Source: Felis catus (Eukaryota). From it: DNA of 64,000 bases. Shown piece after piece: positions 24,791 through 37,153 of this stretch (position 1 is its first letter; every line of letters begins with the position of its first letter). The stretch is taken from assembly GCF_018350175.1 (NCBI RefSeq), contig NC_058368.1, positions 36,706,001 through 36,770,000 on the forward strand, written 5' to 3'. The notes below the pieces were generated by a model. It saw only the letters and a program-made list of their open reading frames with translations, ran no database searches and was not told the origin of the DNA. The position numbers were made by a program, and so were the translations under genes.

Positions 24791-25717
24791 ACCAGAATAT
24801 TCTTTTTCTGATGGAGTGAGAATAGTATGAGAAATAGTGCCATTATTTTGCTTCTTTACATCCAGACATTTAGATCTTTTACTTGAGTTCAGTAGTTTTA
24901 TGACTAGTATAACTAGTGTTCAGTTGGTGTATAATCATAGAATGAATGAAAAGATGATTACTGGAAAATAAGGTTTTAAAATCATGGGATCACCATAAGC
25001 CATATTATTGCTATATGTCGTCCTTTTCTTTCATTTTCCCTTTCTATATTCTTTCTCTTTCTCTAGATAATTCCCTCCTGCTTTCAGGATGGTATATACA
25101 TCTTTCAATGCTTTATAGCTTTCTTGGAGTAGCTTATAAAGAACCAGTGATGTTCTTCTTGTGCTTTGTCTTAATTCAACCCAAACATGTCTTCAGATAG
25201 ATAGGTTAGATGCCTCATGGAATCAAATAGTGACTTTATTTGATTAGTCTCATCAAAGATAATTAGGCAAAATTAGTTTGGGTTATAAATATAAATAGCA
25301 GTTTGTTTTTGTTTCTCCCCCAGTTTAACTTAAGTTTAGCTATTAAATATTCGGGCCCAGGTTGGAGAATTATGGCAAGAGGAAATATCTGAGAAGGCTG
25401 TTTCTCTTGGTCCCTGTAAATAACCTGACAAAGAGACTTGTTGCTTAACCAATGCCTAATGTGTTCATTTGGAATGCTCTGATGCTCAATTTTATTAGGC
25501 ATTTACAAAACAAAGGCTGTTTTCCCCCTGCATTGTAATTAGCGTAATTAGAGTTTATGTGTGAAGTATCATATATCTACTGTGGAGGTATTTCAGGGTA
25601 ACAAGGATACTGAATTATCTCACTAAGATTGTTGGTTTAAGTAATTTATTTATGTAGCATATTTAATAATACTTCACATTACAAAATTAAAGTTCCTCCA
25701 GTCAAAATAGCATTGAG

Positions 25718-25903
25718 CTGCGGAATGAATAATCACGGGAATAAAAGGCACAACATAAGGAATAACAGTCAATGATATTGTAATAGTGATGTAGGGGGGA
25801 CAGCATCATGTATAAACTTGTTGAATCATTGTGTTGTACACCTGAAACTAAGTAACAATGTGTGTCAATGATTCTCAGCCCTTCTCCCAAAGCCCCCAAA
25901 CCC
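25718..25903 (+). mobile_element. 5'-truncated carnivore/L1MA 3' end
   Basis: gttgaatcattgtgttgtacacctgaaactaa is the L1 terminus; perfect 15-bp TSD caaaatagcattgag at 25703-25717 and 25904-25918. Confidence 0.88.
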
Positions 25904-27984
25904 CAAAATAGCATTGAGTGATTTGGAACAAAAATCTTGCTTGTGCTCTTCCTGCTATTCAGGGCTAACTGAGTCTAATATTTATATATGAAATGGGAAA
26001 CAGACTATAGCAAGATTATAGAATGATTTTTTTTCCCTGAGAGGCTAACAAGAATAAGCAAAGTGTCATGCCATGCTAAGGTAGAGAACAAATTGTAAAT
26101 ATAGAGAGTGGAAACAGGTTTCTGATTTATATTGCTGCTATCTTTTGGGGATCAGCTTCCATTGTTACCATAATGAGTTATGTTGAAAAGGGCAGATAAG
26201 GTTGCTGAGTGGCTGATTGGAGAGCCCCCAAGAGAATACCCAAGAAACTGAGTTGCAGCACATGTTGGAGCAGCCTCTCAAGTGAAAATAAATCCACAGC
26301 ATGTGGTTTTCTGCCAGAGAGTACTTGCCATTCACTGCATAGTTCATCTGGATAGGTACAAGTGTATTTCTCTTTCAAATCACAAAATGCAAAATGGGAA
26401 ATGTTATACATTGTGTAGACCAGCACTGGGTCTGCAGTTTTCTAGATCTCATGTAAAAGTGGAATCTAGGCAGTAGCCAGGCATTATATTGGCCTTTTAA
26501 AAAATCACATTTTTTTAAAATGCAGTTGAAGTTCATCCGAAGTGGCTCCTGTTATTTCAGACCAATTTTTAATTGATATGCGCAGTCTATTTTCTCTTTA
26601 CTCCCAAACGCCACTATTGATCAAAAGTTAAATTGGACCAAGTTGCTATGCATAACATATTGTCAGCTCTAACACACTTTTCACCCCCGCCCCGCCCCCC
26701 CCCCCCCAGTCTTGGTGCCCTTAATTATACTTAACCACATCAGTGTTCAATTAAATTCACATCAGAGTTAGAGTGCATATGTAAATTTGTTGCTGTTGTG
26801 AATTTCAGAGAGAGAACTACTTTGCAAGGACATGCGTACAATTCAGGGCAATAGGTAGAAAATATTGCAGAGGCAGTTGGTGATGTGTGTTGTATGGAGA
26901 AGTGGGAGGTTTCCTGTATCCTTTCATTCTGTCTCAAATGGGCGAGATGTTGTGCAACATGTAAAGAAGGCTCAGTGATTATAACTTTTCACCTCTTTCT
27001 AGAAATTTTAAATCTCAGTTATTTTTATCATTTACCATGGCAAATATCTTACCCCTGATTGCCACTCTTGCAAATTACTTTGTTCTCCAATTTTGTTCAG
27101 TAGCAGAAAGAGCTGCATAGTATTCATTTTTTTTTCCAGATGATTTTCATGAGATGTAGACTGAATTATTTATAACTTCTTCTTGGAAGATTATGACCTA
27201 GTGCTCTACTCAATTTTTTTTTGATATAGCTCAGGCAATAATGATTTCTAACTAGTGCACTTTCTATGGATTACTAGCCACTTGAAAGAGTTCAATGTTT
27301 CATTAGATTTATTCAATCCTCTTAGAATTGCCAGTAAAAAGACGAGGGCCAGAGGCAGAGGTTGATGTCATTAAAAAGTTTCAAAAATACCTTTGCGAAA
27401 CTCTTCATATCTGACTGCTAGAACTACAAGTTTCTGCTGAAATTATGGTCAGATTTCCTTTGGTAGAAAATGAATAGGTCATGTTTACAGCATACAACTC
27501 TTTTGTATGAGATATGTGAGTGTATTAAAGACCATTACAGACTATATTAAAGATCCACTTCTTCACTGATTTAAACTGGAAATGCCATGGATATCACATA
27601 TTCTACTACTAGAGATAAAAGTTGATTTCTACTACCCTTTCTTAGTTTCCTATGCATCAAAATTAGTAGTTGCATGGAATAGGAAAACTGTATTGAGATA
27701 TGAATTGTAACACTTGATAGCTTGTGGATGTCACAAATAACATTTATTTTCAAAATCACTTAACACATGAAAAAAATCAGTAGTCATCTTGAGTCTCTTC
27801 ATGCTTTTTTTTTTTTCTTTCCCCCAACATGTATCTCAAAGGTAACTTACAGGTAAACTGAGGTTGACAGTATCAGGCAGTAGCCAACCAGGCTTGGTCC
27901 CAAGCTGCTTTAGAGCGCATGTCTCTGATGAGGACACATGTATGATAGAAACATGGAACATGGAACTTTCAAGCAAAATATTTT

Positions 27985-28418
27985 GCTGTCCCTCAGCCCT
28001 TCAGCTTACATGTTATGGAGCTGTTGGTGAGAAGTGGCTGTTCTGCTGGGGACCACATTTTCCAAGACCCTCTTGTTAGATTTAGCCGCTGATTGGGTTT
28101 AGTAAATGGAAAGGGACTGCAAGTGATGCCCGTGACTTTCAAGCCCGACACGTACTCTTCTGTCCTACTCTTTTCCAGGCTCTTCTTTCCCTCTAGCCAG
28201 TTGGGAAGGTGATAACTCCCAGGATGAACTTACAAGCTTTCTGGTAAAGATGGCAGAATTTATGTAATCCTGAGTTCCTATGGCTTCATTGAAGGGCTAT
28301 TCCTTCTGTTTTCCTGTTCAGTATTATTAGGTGAGAAATCAAGAAATTTTAATTATGTTGGGTCTCTGAAACTTTTGGTTTTATTTGTTACAGCAGCTAG
28401 GGCTTCTCTAACTAAAAA
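27985..28418 (+). mobile_element. MaLR LTR (MLT1I/J-like)
   Basis: gaccacattttccaagaccctcttg...aagatggcagaa...tttgttacagcagctag...ctaactaa. Confidence 0.65.
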
Positions 28419-29677
28419 AGCATGTGAATTCATCCATGCATATATAGGCAAAACCCAAGAAATGAATTAAAGGCAGGGGGAGGGTTGGCAGAGAGGGAGA
28501 GAGAAAGAGGTTTTATTTTGGGTCCTAAGTTGTTGAAGATAACCATGGAAGAAAGGTAGGTTTAATCCATTTCAATTTTAAGGCAAGAAAAGCTATTGTA
28601 AACTAGTTTTAGAGTTGGGGGTCAATGTAAGATTCAAGTATAGTCCCTAAAAAAAAAGAGACCAAAAAATTTCAGGCTATCTCCAAACCCCTACTGCTTC
28701 TACTCATTAATTCTTGTTTTGTGTTTGGTAAATGAGGGAAATTATAGCATCTTCAGTCACAGGTGTCATATAAGTCAGTCAAATCGCACTGTTGTTTGCT
28801 CTTATAATTTCAGTTCGTTATGAATGCAAAGTAGTTTTAGTTAGGGTCCTTCTAAAGGGGAAGTGAGTACTATACATGAGTTTCTTTGGTGCTTTTTCCT
28901 GGTCCTAGCTTCCTTGGCCCCAGGTTTTGACAGCGGAATAAATGGGCTGTGCATGAGGCTGTGAAATAAGTGCTGTTAAAATGTGCAGTGTTCAACGTTG
29001 AAGAGGAACTGCATTTCAATACATGATAAAATTTCCAGATTACCTTGAAAATTGGGCCTGCTACTGTCCGTTACATTGAAAGAATTCCAGCACACTAAAT
29101 TACCTGACAAGTTGTGGTGTCTTATGTGCTATATTGATATTGGAGTATTTGTTTTGCTTCAATGGGCACTTAATTATTTGTTTCTTTCTGACAGGGTACC
29201 AGAATTAATTTGTAGCATTATGAAGTTTCATTAAACATCCCCTTGAAAGCAAGGGCTGGATCTTGTAACCCTGGTGCATCATCTGAATGTTTAGCCCACA
29301 GTTTAAATATATTAAATTAGAGTTATGAGTTACTTTTAAAAGAGAAGAAATGACAGCTTTTCCATCCTCATGGAGATTTCAGGGATGCAAGCTGAAAGGA
29401 CCGCAACTGTAGGAAATGGAGGTAGTTGTCAGAATCCGGGTTATGATGGGCTCATGGGGACATGGCTTTCAGTAGACACTGGTACCGCTCAGAGGTACAC
29501 TTTCTGCCTTTTAGCAATTACAAATTATTTTTATGTAAACAAAGCACAAGTTCTGGCAAAAGGTCCTTTTTTGAAAAACAAAAGACGGAATGAGTTGATT
29601 CAAAGGTTTTGTACATCCTTGGTGTGTCAAGTTTTCATTAGTAATAATCTATGGGATAGATGTGAATTAATATACGA

Positions 29678-29728
29678 ATATATCATATATATGATATGAT
29701 ATATGATATGATATGATATATTCATATA
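29678..29728. repeat. (ATATG)n simple repeat
   Basis: Direct reading of the sequence. Confidence 0.85.
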
Positions 29729-31750
29729 TTAATAATTATGAGCTCTGTAGCAAGAAGAAAAAAAGCCCTAGAAAGTTAAATGTTTTTTATTTAGTGCTGA
29801 AATACCAAAAATTTTGGTTTTGCTTCTATCTGAAAGGTAATTGAGAATATCAGAAAGGTAAAATAATTTCCTTTAGATATTCATGAGAGTGCTTTTTTTT
29901 CTCTGAAGAAGATGTAGTTGTACATATAAGAAAAACTTACTTTCACTTCCAGAGATACAGTCCTTTACTGGGTAAGCAGTATTTTCTAATCAAAATGACA
30001 CTAATGGGTCAGATTTAATGGTCAGAAATTTGAAAGCCTAAATGAAGGACTGTTCTTTCATAGAATTGTGTGAGCAATTTTGAAAGATAATGTTGGTGGC
30101 GTTTCTAATTTATTTTGTGATGAACTCCTAAAATGCATTTAGATGTGATTCTAATAATGATACTCTCCTGTTACTAAGGATCTCCGAAGAAGCTGGTTTT
30201 ATGGGAAAATGCCTGTATGAATAAGTCATCCTGTGATCTTCTGAAGTGGGTATTCAGGAGACACGGAAAGGAAAGAAAAGGAAAGAAAAAATACTCCTAC
30301 ATTCATATGGGGAGTAAGTGTTTTTTCCCTATTATAATATCAGAAACAAGCTAGTTATAGATCAAGAAGAATAATGGAGAAAAATGTTACAAAATTGAAG
30401 CCAAAATTCAGCCTTTTCTTTGTGCCCTTAGTGGTGCTAGCATGCTATATACTTTATGATGACAACAATAGTCATGACAATAATTATACATGGAGTTGTG
30501 ATCCAAGATTCCCCACGTGTGCTCCATTTGTCCAGCTTGTTCATTTTGTGAAGTTGGTTTGGACAAAATATTGACAGTATTGAAACCTATCCCCTGCTGT
30601 GTTTAGAGGAAGTAGTTTTATATTAGTTCCATAGTTTTATGTGTAGTTGAAAAAGAACGTCTTCTGAAAATGGAGAGCCCATTAAGAATTGTGGTACCTC
30701 TATCTGTTCTCCAAGAAGAGCTAACTGATGCCAATTTTGGAAGGAAGAAAAAGGAAGCACATAGTCAGGATATTTGAATCCACACCTCAAATTCATGGTA
30801 CTTAGATGTTCTTTTCAAAGTTCAGGCGTTCTTATTGTGGGAAATAAACAAGAAACTTTGTCAAATAATATTGTATTAAAATACTGAAGAGTAGCACTAA
30901 AATGAAACTAATGGGCATTTTAGACAAAGCGAGACCAGTTACATTTTGCTTACAGTGGGTGTTAATTTTTTAAATGTTTGGATAAAAGCTGGAGATTTTT
31001 GTTTATTTCTCACTGGTACATTTGAGATGAAAAACAGAAATCTCTTCTAATATTTCGTAGAAATTAGTGAATGGGATTTTAGTAAGTGGAATAAGTAGTT
31101 CTTTATGATAAATTTTGAAGAAACTATTTCAGGTGTTCTTTCAGTTTCAGATACTGTAGGAAAATAAATAAAAGAAATATGGTGTAAAAATAACTATGTG
31201 AGTCACTTCTTATACTATTCTACCTGACAGTCGCTATAGGACTATTTTCAGAAGAATTGTTAATATACTACAATCATTTGTAATATGCCCCATTCATGTA
31301 TACTGAGGCTGTGTTTAAGAGAAAATAAGAATATATCATTGTTCTCTACATAGTAAGTTCTGCAATACAATCTTTTGTATTAATAAGCAATAGTCTATAA
31401 CAAGCAGCATTTTACTGTTTTGGAGATTATTTTTTGGAAATTTCTTTTGGTTACGGACCTCTGTAAAGAATATTATGAAATCATAGCAAAGCACCTTTGT
31501 TCATTTATGAGGTGGAATTAGGGTGGGTATATGAGTATATTTCTTTTATTACACTTACATTTCTCTAGCATTGCTGTACTTTTTCTGTAGATTATTTTCT
31601 TAGCTGTATAAAAAGCTGGACAGTGAAAAATACGTGAGTAATAACATGGGAAGCATTCTTACATAATTCTTGTATCAAAATTGTCTATTGGCAAAAAGGG
31701 AGAAGCTTTTTACTATAAGAAGAAGGTTTTATTAAAAGAGTAAAAATCTG

Positions 31751-31972
31751 GGGGCGCCTGGGTGGCTCAGTCTGTTGGGCGGCCGACTTTGGCTCAGGTC
31801 ATGATCTCGCAGTCTGTGAGTTTGAGCCCCACGTCGGGCTCTGGGCTGACAGCTCAGAGCCTGGAGCCTGTTTCGGATTCTGTATCTCCCTCTCTCTCTG
31901 ACCCTCCCCTGCTTATGCTCTGTCTCTCTCTGTCTCAAAAATAAATAAATGTTAAAAAAAAAAAAGTTCATA
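31751..31972 (+). mobile_element. SINEC_Fc
   Basis: 20-bp TSD attaaaagagtaaaaatctg at 31731-31750 and 31973-31992. Confidence 0.97.
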
Positions 31973-33088
31973 ATTAAAAGAGTAAAAATCTGTAATAAGC
32001 AAATTATTGTACTATCTTAATATCCTGTAATAGCTCTGTTTCTTAACATCCACCAGGAAATTTTCTCCTGTGATAAAGTCTGTGTTGGACAAACTTTTCA
32101 CACTGAAGGTCTTGACTTACTCTTTAGTGTAATCTGGTCTCTTACTGGTTTCTGTGGCCATTTGTCCTTTTGCCCTGTCTCCACCCGATTACACCGAGCA
32201 TCAACTCTGATTGGCAGCAAACACACAGAGATGGAATAATCATTTTTTGTCTGAGTTATCTTTCCAAAGTGCATGTTGGATCATGTCACTCTTCAGTTTA
32301 TAATCATTCAGAGGTTTCCTCATTGTCCTAAGCTTGAATTCTCAAAGCTCTGCTGGGTTTGCTGTCCTATCAAGTCTTCAAATGATCCTCATCGCCTATG
32401 GAATAGAATTTGAGTAGGAAATTCAGCTTGGAGCCAGAGTGCCTTGTTGCCAAATCAAAGATTTTATTTCATCCAGCATGTTTTCACATGAGCTCCAGCC
32501 AAAATGAATTCATTGTCATTTCCCCCAAAATGTCAGATCTTTTCTGCTTTCATGATTTTGCTCCTGGTAGTCTGTTCCAATGGATTACCTGGGTAAAAAA
32601 GATCTGTGCATATTCAAATTAATTAGATATTGTTAAATTACTCTTCAAAGTGTACCAATTTATGCTCAATAATATGAGCCAGTCAAGGCCACCAAGCAGT
32701 GTGTTTTGGCACCAATACTGGGTAAGAGTTCCTATTACTCCATATTCTTCTCAACAGTTGGTAATATTAGATGGGTGTGAAATGTTAACTTGTTTTCATT
32801 TTCTTATGCATTTCCCTGATTTCTTGTGAAGATGAGCATCTTTTTATATATTTAATGGTCACTTGAATTTTCTCTTCCATGATTAACTTTAAATAGCATG
32901 CTCATGTTTTTCTCTTGGCTTGCTTGTGCTGGATACTGATCCCTTCTAGGTTAAACTGGGTACAGTGTCTTCACCTTGTCTTTTGACATGACATCGTTCC
33001 TTTTAATATTGCCATTTGATATGCAGAAATTTCCTAATTTTAATATGGTCTAACTTATTAGTCTTTTCCTTTATGATTATTTTTTGGT

Positions 33089-33279
33089 CTTTTTTTAATG
33101 TTTGTTTATTTTTGAGAGAGAAAGAGCACAAGCAGGGGAGGGGCAGAGAGAGAGGGAGACCCAGGATCTGAAGTAGGCTCCAACACAGAGCCCCATATGA
33201 GGCTTGAACCCACAAACCATGAGATTATGACCTGAGCCAAAGTCAGAAACTTAACCAGCTGAGCCACACAGGTGCCCCC
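33089..33279 (-). mobile_element. SINEC_Fc
   Basis: Can-SINE body. Confidence 0.9.
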
Positions 33280-33459
33280 TTTGTTTGTTTTTTAAAAAAG
33301 CAATATTCCTCTCAATGTTCTAAAATTGTGTTGTCTGTATTTAAGTCTTTAACTACTTATAGAGTTTATTTTTGTTTGTGGGCTGAGGCAGGGAATCCAA
33401 TTTTTTTTTCCATGTGTCTACTTGTATGAGCACCATTTATTGAATTGTCCCTATTTTCT

Positions 33460-33664
33460 CAACGTTTTTATTTATTTTTGGGACAGAGAGAGACAGAGCA
33501 TGAACGGGGGAGGGGCAGAGAGAGAGGGAGACACAGAATCGGAAACAGGCTCCAGGCTCCGAGCCATCAGCCCAGAGCCTGACGCGGGGCTCGAACTCAC
33601 GGACCGCGAGATCGTGACCTGGCTGAAGTCGGACGCTTAACCGACTGCGCCACCCAGGCGCCCC
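33460..33664 (-). mobile_element. Young SINEC_Fc
   Basis: CpG-intact body; perfect 19-bp TSD tgaattgtccctattttct at 33441-33459 and 33665-33683. Confidence 0.97.
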
Positions 33665-35697
33665 TGAATTGTCCCTATTTTCTTGGCTGATCTGCAGTGA
33701 TACTTCTCTCCTGTATGAAGTTACCAGATATGCACAGGTCTGTTTCTGGGCTCTCTCATCCCTTCTGTTGGTTTAGTCATCTATCTCTGCTTCAATATTG
33801 TACTGTCTTAAATAATATAGTTTATAATAAGACTTGATGTATGACAGAGTGACTTCCCTATTCTTCTCATACTTCAAATAGTTTTTTGCTCTTTTAATAC
33901 AAATTTTAGAATCAGTTTGTCAAGATCCAAAGCGAGACAAGTCCATTGGGATTCTGTTTGAAATTGTATTGAATGTATAGATTTCTCTTTTCAAACTGCA
34001 GAAAAAAATGGGTCTGATTGCACTTTATTTCCTACCTACCATCCTAGAAATACTTTTGCATCTTGCATTCAAAGAGTCCTACATCTACTCTCTGGAGGCA
34101 GCCTTCAGTACATCAAAGGGTATCTGCTCCATTAGGATGACCAATGGGGACTTTCCAGCACTTCCTCTCTAACTAGCTCAAAGGAGGAAAACCAAGCAAG
34201 TTTATTCTCTGGTGAGGCACCCCATTAGGAGATCAAATGAAGACTGAGAAAAAGAACAAGTCAGCACAAATCAGTGCAGTTGGGACAGAGGTTGAGATTT
34301 CATTTACATTCTTTGCAAGCCTCCTTACTTCCTATCTTTGCCACCATGTAATATCCTTTACCATAGGAAGGGGAAGATAGAGTTAAGAGAAATGGGGAAT
34401 CATGTTAAGATGGGGAGGGGTGAAGTATGAAATTGATTTATGGAAGATTATATTTCATTGTAATTTTAAAGATTGATCTAATCTATTCATTTTATAATAA
34501 ATGGTCATACCATTTATAATAAATGGTCAAATGGTGGCTGAGAGAATTTAAGTGGCTTGTTTAAAGTGGCCTAACTAGTAAATAGAAGAGCCTTGATTGT
34601 CAAATTATCTGGCCCATTGACCAATGCTCTTCAAATTCAAACATTTAAAAGACTATAAAAGTAATTAATTATTATAATTACTATTATTATTGTATTTTAA
34701 TTAGAAGAATCTCTGCTCATCACCGTCTCTACTCATTGTACCATTATTTCTGATACTTTCATGTTTTATGAACTTTGAATCTCTCATAGTATAAAACAAT
34801 GCACTGATAGCTGGCTGGTGCACCTACTGTCTCTCTCTCTCCTCTCCTCTCTCATCATCTATCCAATCTGTCATGGCATAAATAATATAGAAACAACTAC
34901 TACTTATTTCATGTATGTGGGTATGTACCTGTGTATCTTTTTCTGATTCACCTTAAATATGCTGCTGTTAGGAAAGTATTCATAGGCATTTTTATTTGTT
35001 AAATATAGGTTACCTAATGTGAGGTTTGTTTCCATAAGTGTTTTAGTAAATGATCATTTCTACCTGCTTGTCTGTTTTCTGGTAAAATCTGAAACATATC
35101 TTCTCTTTTTTATTACTGTTACTAGTTCTTCAGACATAATATTTAACCTATTTACAACAGAAAAATCATGTTTATCTCAATTTCAAAATGATAATATATT
35201 TTATTTAAGTGTGCTTTAAAACTTATGTTAGGGTAAAATGGAATTATAATGAAGTCATTTGGTCTAGGAAGGTTGAGTAAGATGGGAATTTGGAGCACAT
35301 GCTCAGTAGAAGAAATGAAATAGGGAAAGAAATTTCACTTTTGAGGAACAAATGACACAGAGAGGGCAAGACTGCTTTTTTAGGGTAGAATCTTGGGTAA
35401 GGTTCCTTTTAAACCATTTTTTTTTAAGGTTGTGGCAGATCCATTAACTTCTCCAGGTTCATGTATTAATAATCTAGTCCCACTTGTCTAACTTAAAAGT
35501 TTCTTCCCAGAGTCAGAAACCTACATAGGGAAGGTGACAGGCATTTTTGTCTTTCCCGACTCACTGCTGTCTGAGGCTTTCCGGGTCAGAGAGAAGGATG
35601 AGCCAGAACTGGAGGAGAAGGGCTTATCTGATTGGCAGTGGTGTGGTCTGTCATGTGTGCTCTCTGTGAGACGATGCCCTATAGCTGAGCCCTTCTC

Positions 35698-35750
35698 TTC
35701 TGGGGCACTTCTGGGTTCTAGGCACTTCTGGGTTCTGGGGCGCTTCTGGG
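35698..35750. repeat. Three tandem copies of a 17-18-bp unit
   Basis: ttctggggcacttctggg / ttctaggcacttctggg / ttctggggcgcttctggg. Confidence 0.9.
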
Positions 35751-36582
35751 TTTTGACTTCTTTCAATGCTGGATACTATAATAACCCAGGAAAACATCTT
35801 GGCATGTGTAACAGTATACTAAATGGAATATTTCCTGTTGTCTCAAAGCTTTAGAGAAAGCCGTAAAGGTAAAGACAAACATAGTAAAGTATAATACTCC
35901 AAAAAGATATGCCAAAATACCTATATGGAAACACCTATGTATGACTTGCGAAGAACTGGCCCGAAGCTAGTTAGGCAACCTTGAACTCATTCCCCAACAG
36001 GAGATGGATGGAAAGGGCCACCAGGAGATGGATGAGTAAAGACCGTTGAGTCAAGAATACTTTACGGTGAGGTATAGAAGTGCTGTATGTTGGAAAGTTT
36101 CTGCTACTCCCACTGCTACCTCAAGCCAAGTGGTTCCCCCAAGAGAACTGTTTAGAGAGTTTGACATATAACTCTAGTATTTTAAAGGCACAGGGGCTAG
36201 TGCCTGAAAAAGTCCAAAATAAGCAGGTAACCAGAGTAGAGTGAAGAGAGAGGGGGATGCACTGGAAATGGTCTGCATTTCCAGCATTTGAAGGAGTTTG
36301 GGGGTCGCATTTACCCCATGAGCTAAATGCTGTAAAGGGTGGCCAGAAATGAGTCATCTTGAATGATTTTGACAAGGAAATCTACCTGGCAGGTGCAAGG
36401 TACCCACTGCAAGAGTCTGGGTAGGGTTCACATCAGGAAGTCAGGTTGAGATAGGTGAATCAGGGAACAATGTAGTGTTATCAGTTCTAAGGTATCAGGA
36501 AATGTTCCGTTTAGTTTACTGTTAAACATGCTAAGATGTTTTCCTGGGTTATTATAATATCTAGCATTGAAAGAAGTCAAAA
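35751..36582. repeat. Long inverted repeat: 87-bp arms at 35751-35837 and 36496-36582, 658-bp spacer
   Basis: Manual alignment of arm 1 with the reverse complement of arm 2: 80/87 identical, no gaps. Confidence 0.95.
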
Positions 36583-36720
36583 TTTGTTCCTTGGATCAAA
36601 GTAGAGCCACCATTGCATAGACAGCATTTTGATGTTTAGAGTTTGCAGCCCTGGGGTTGTGGGTTTTTTGTGTGTATGTGTGTTGTGAGGGATGCATGTA
36701 TGGTGTAGGGAGAACAGTAA

Positions 36721-37153
36721 TATATTTGTCAGGATTCTCCAGAGAATTGGCTTCTTGTAATTGTTAGGGAAGGGGGAAATTGGTTCATGTAACCATGGGA
36801 GTTGTTAAGTCCAAAATCCTTAAGGCGAGTTCAGTAGGCCAGAAATTCAGGTAAGAGTTGATGTTGCAGTCTTAAGTATGAAATCTGAAGGGAAGGCAAG
36901 CAGGCTGGAAACAGGCAGGATTTCTGTGTTGCAGTTTGAGGGCAGGATTTCTTAGCTGGGAGATCCTAGTCTTTACTCCTAAGGCCTTCAACTGATTTCA
37001 CCCATCTGAGACAATCTGCTTTACTTAAAGTCCACTGATTGTAAATGTTAATCACATGTAAAAAATACCTTCACAGCAACATCTAGACTAGTGTTTGACC
37101 AAACAGCTGGGCACCAAAGCCTACCAAATTGACATAGAGGATTAACCATCACA
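36721..37153 (-). mobile_element. MLT2 (ERV-L) solo LTR, MLT2D-like
   Basis: Starts gtcaggattctccagagaa and ends aaataccttcacagcaacatctagactagtgtttgaccaaac...attaaccatcaca, the reverse complement of MLT2. Confidence 0.88.

Larger units (their letters stand above)
32620..33985 (-). mobile_element. Ancient L1M ORF2 3' remnant, interrupted by two SINEs
   Basis: tgcatttccctgat...gagcatcttttta...gagcaccatttattgaa...gtctgtttctgggctctct...aattttagaatcagtttgtcaa match reverse-complement L1 ORF2. Confidence 0.8.

Noticed and set aside
35698..35750. Short repeat array as CRISPR-like
   Set aside because: Eukaryotic DNA, units are directly adjacent with no unique spacers, and there are no cas genes.
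36381..36410. tacctggcagg resembling the U1 snRNA 5' end
   Set aside because: Only 11 nt match; the downstream sequence does not follow U1.
35838..36495. Spacer of the inverted repeat as a transposase or viral coding fragment
   Set aside because: The frames I translated and the ORF track give only short ORFs with no transposase, integrase or viral motif I can recognise; a tBLASTx search would be needed to exclude distant similarity.
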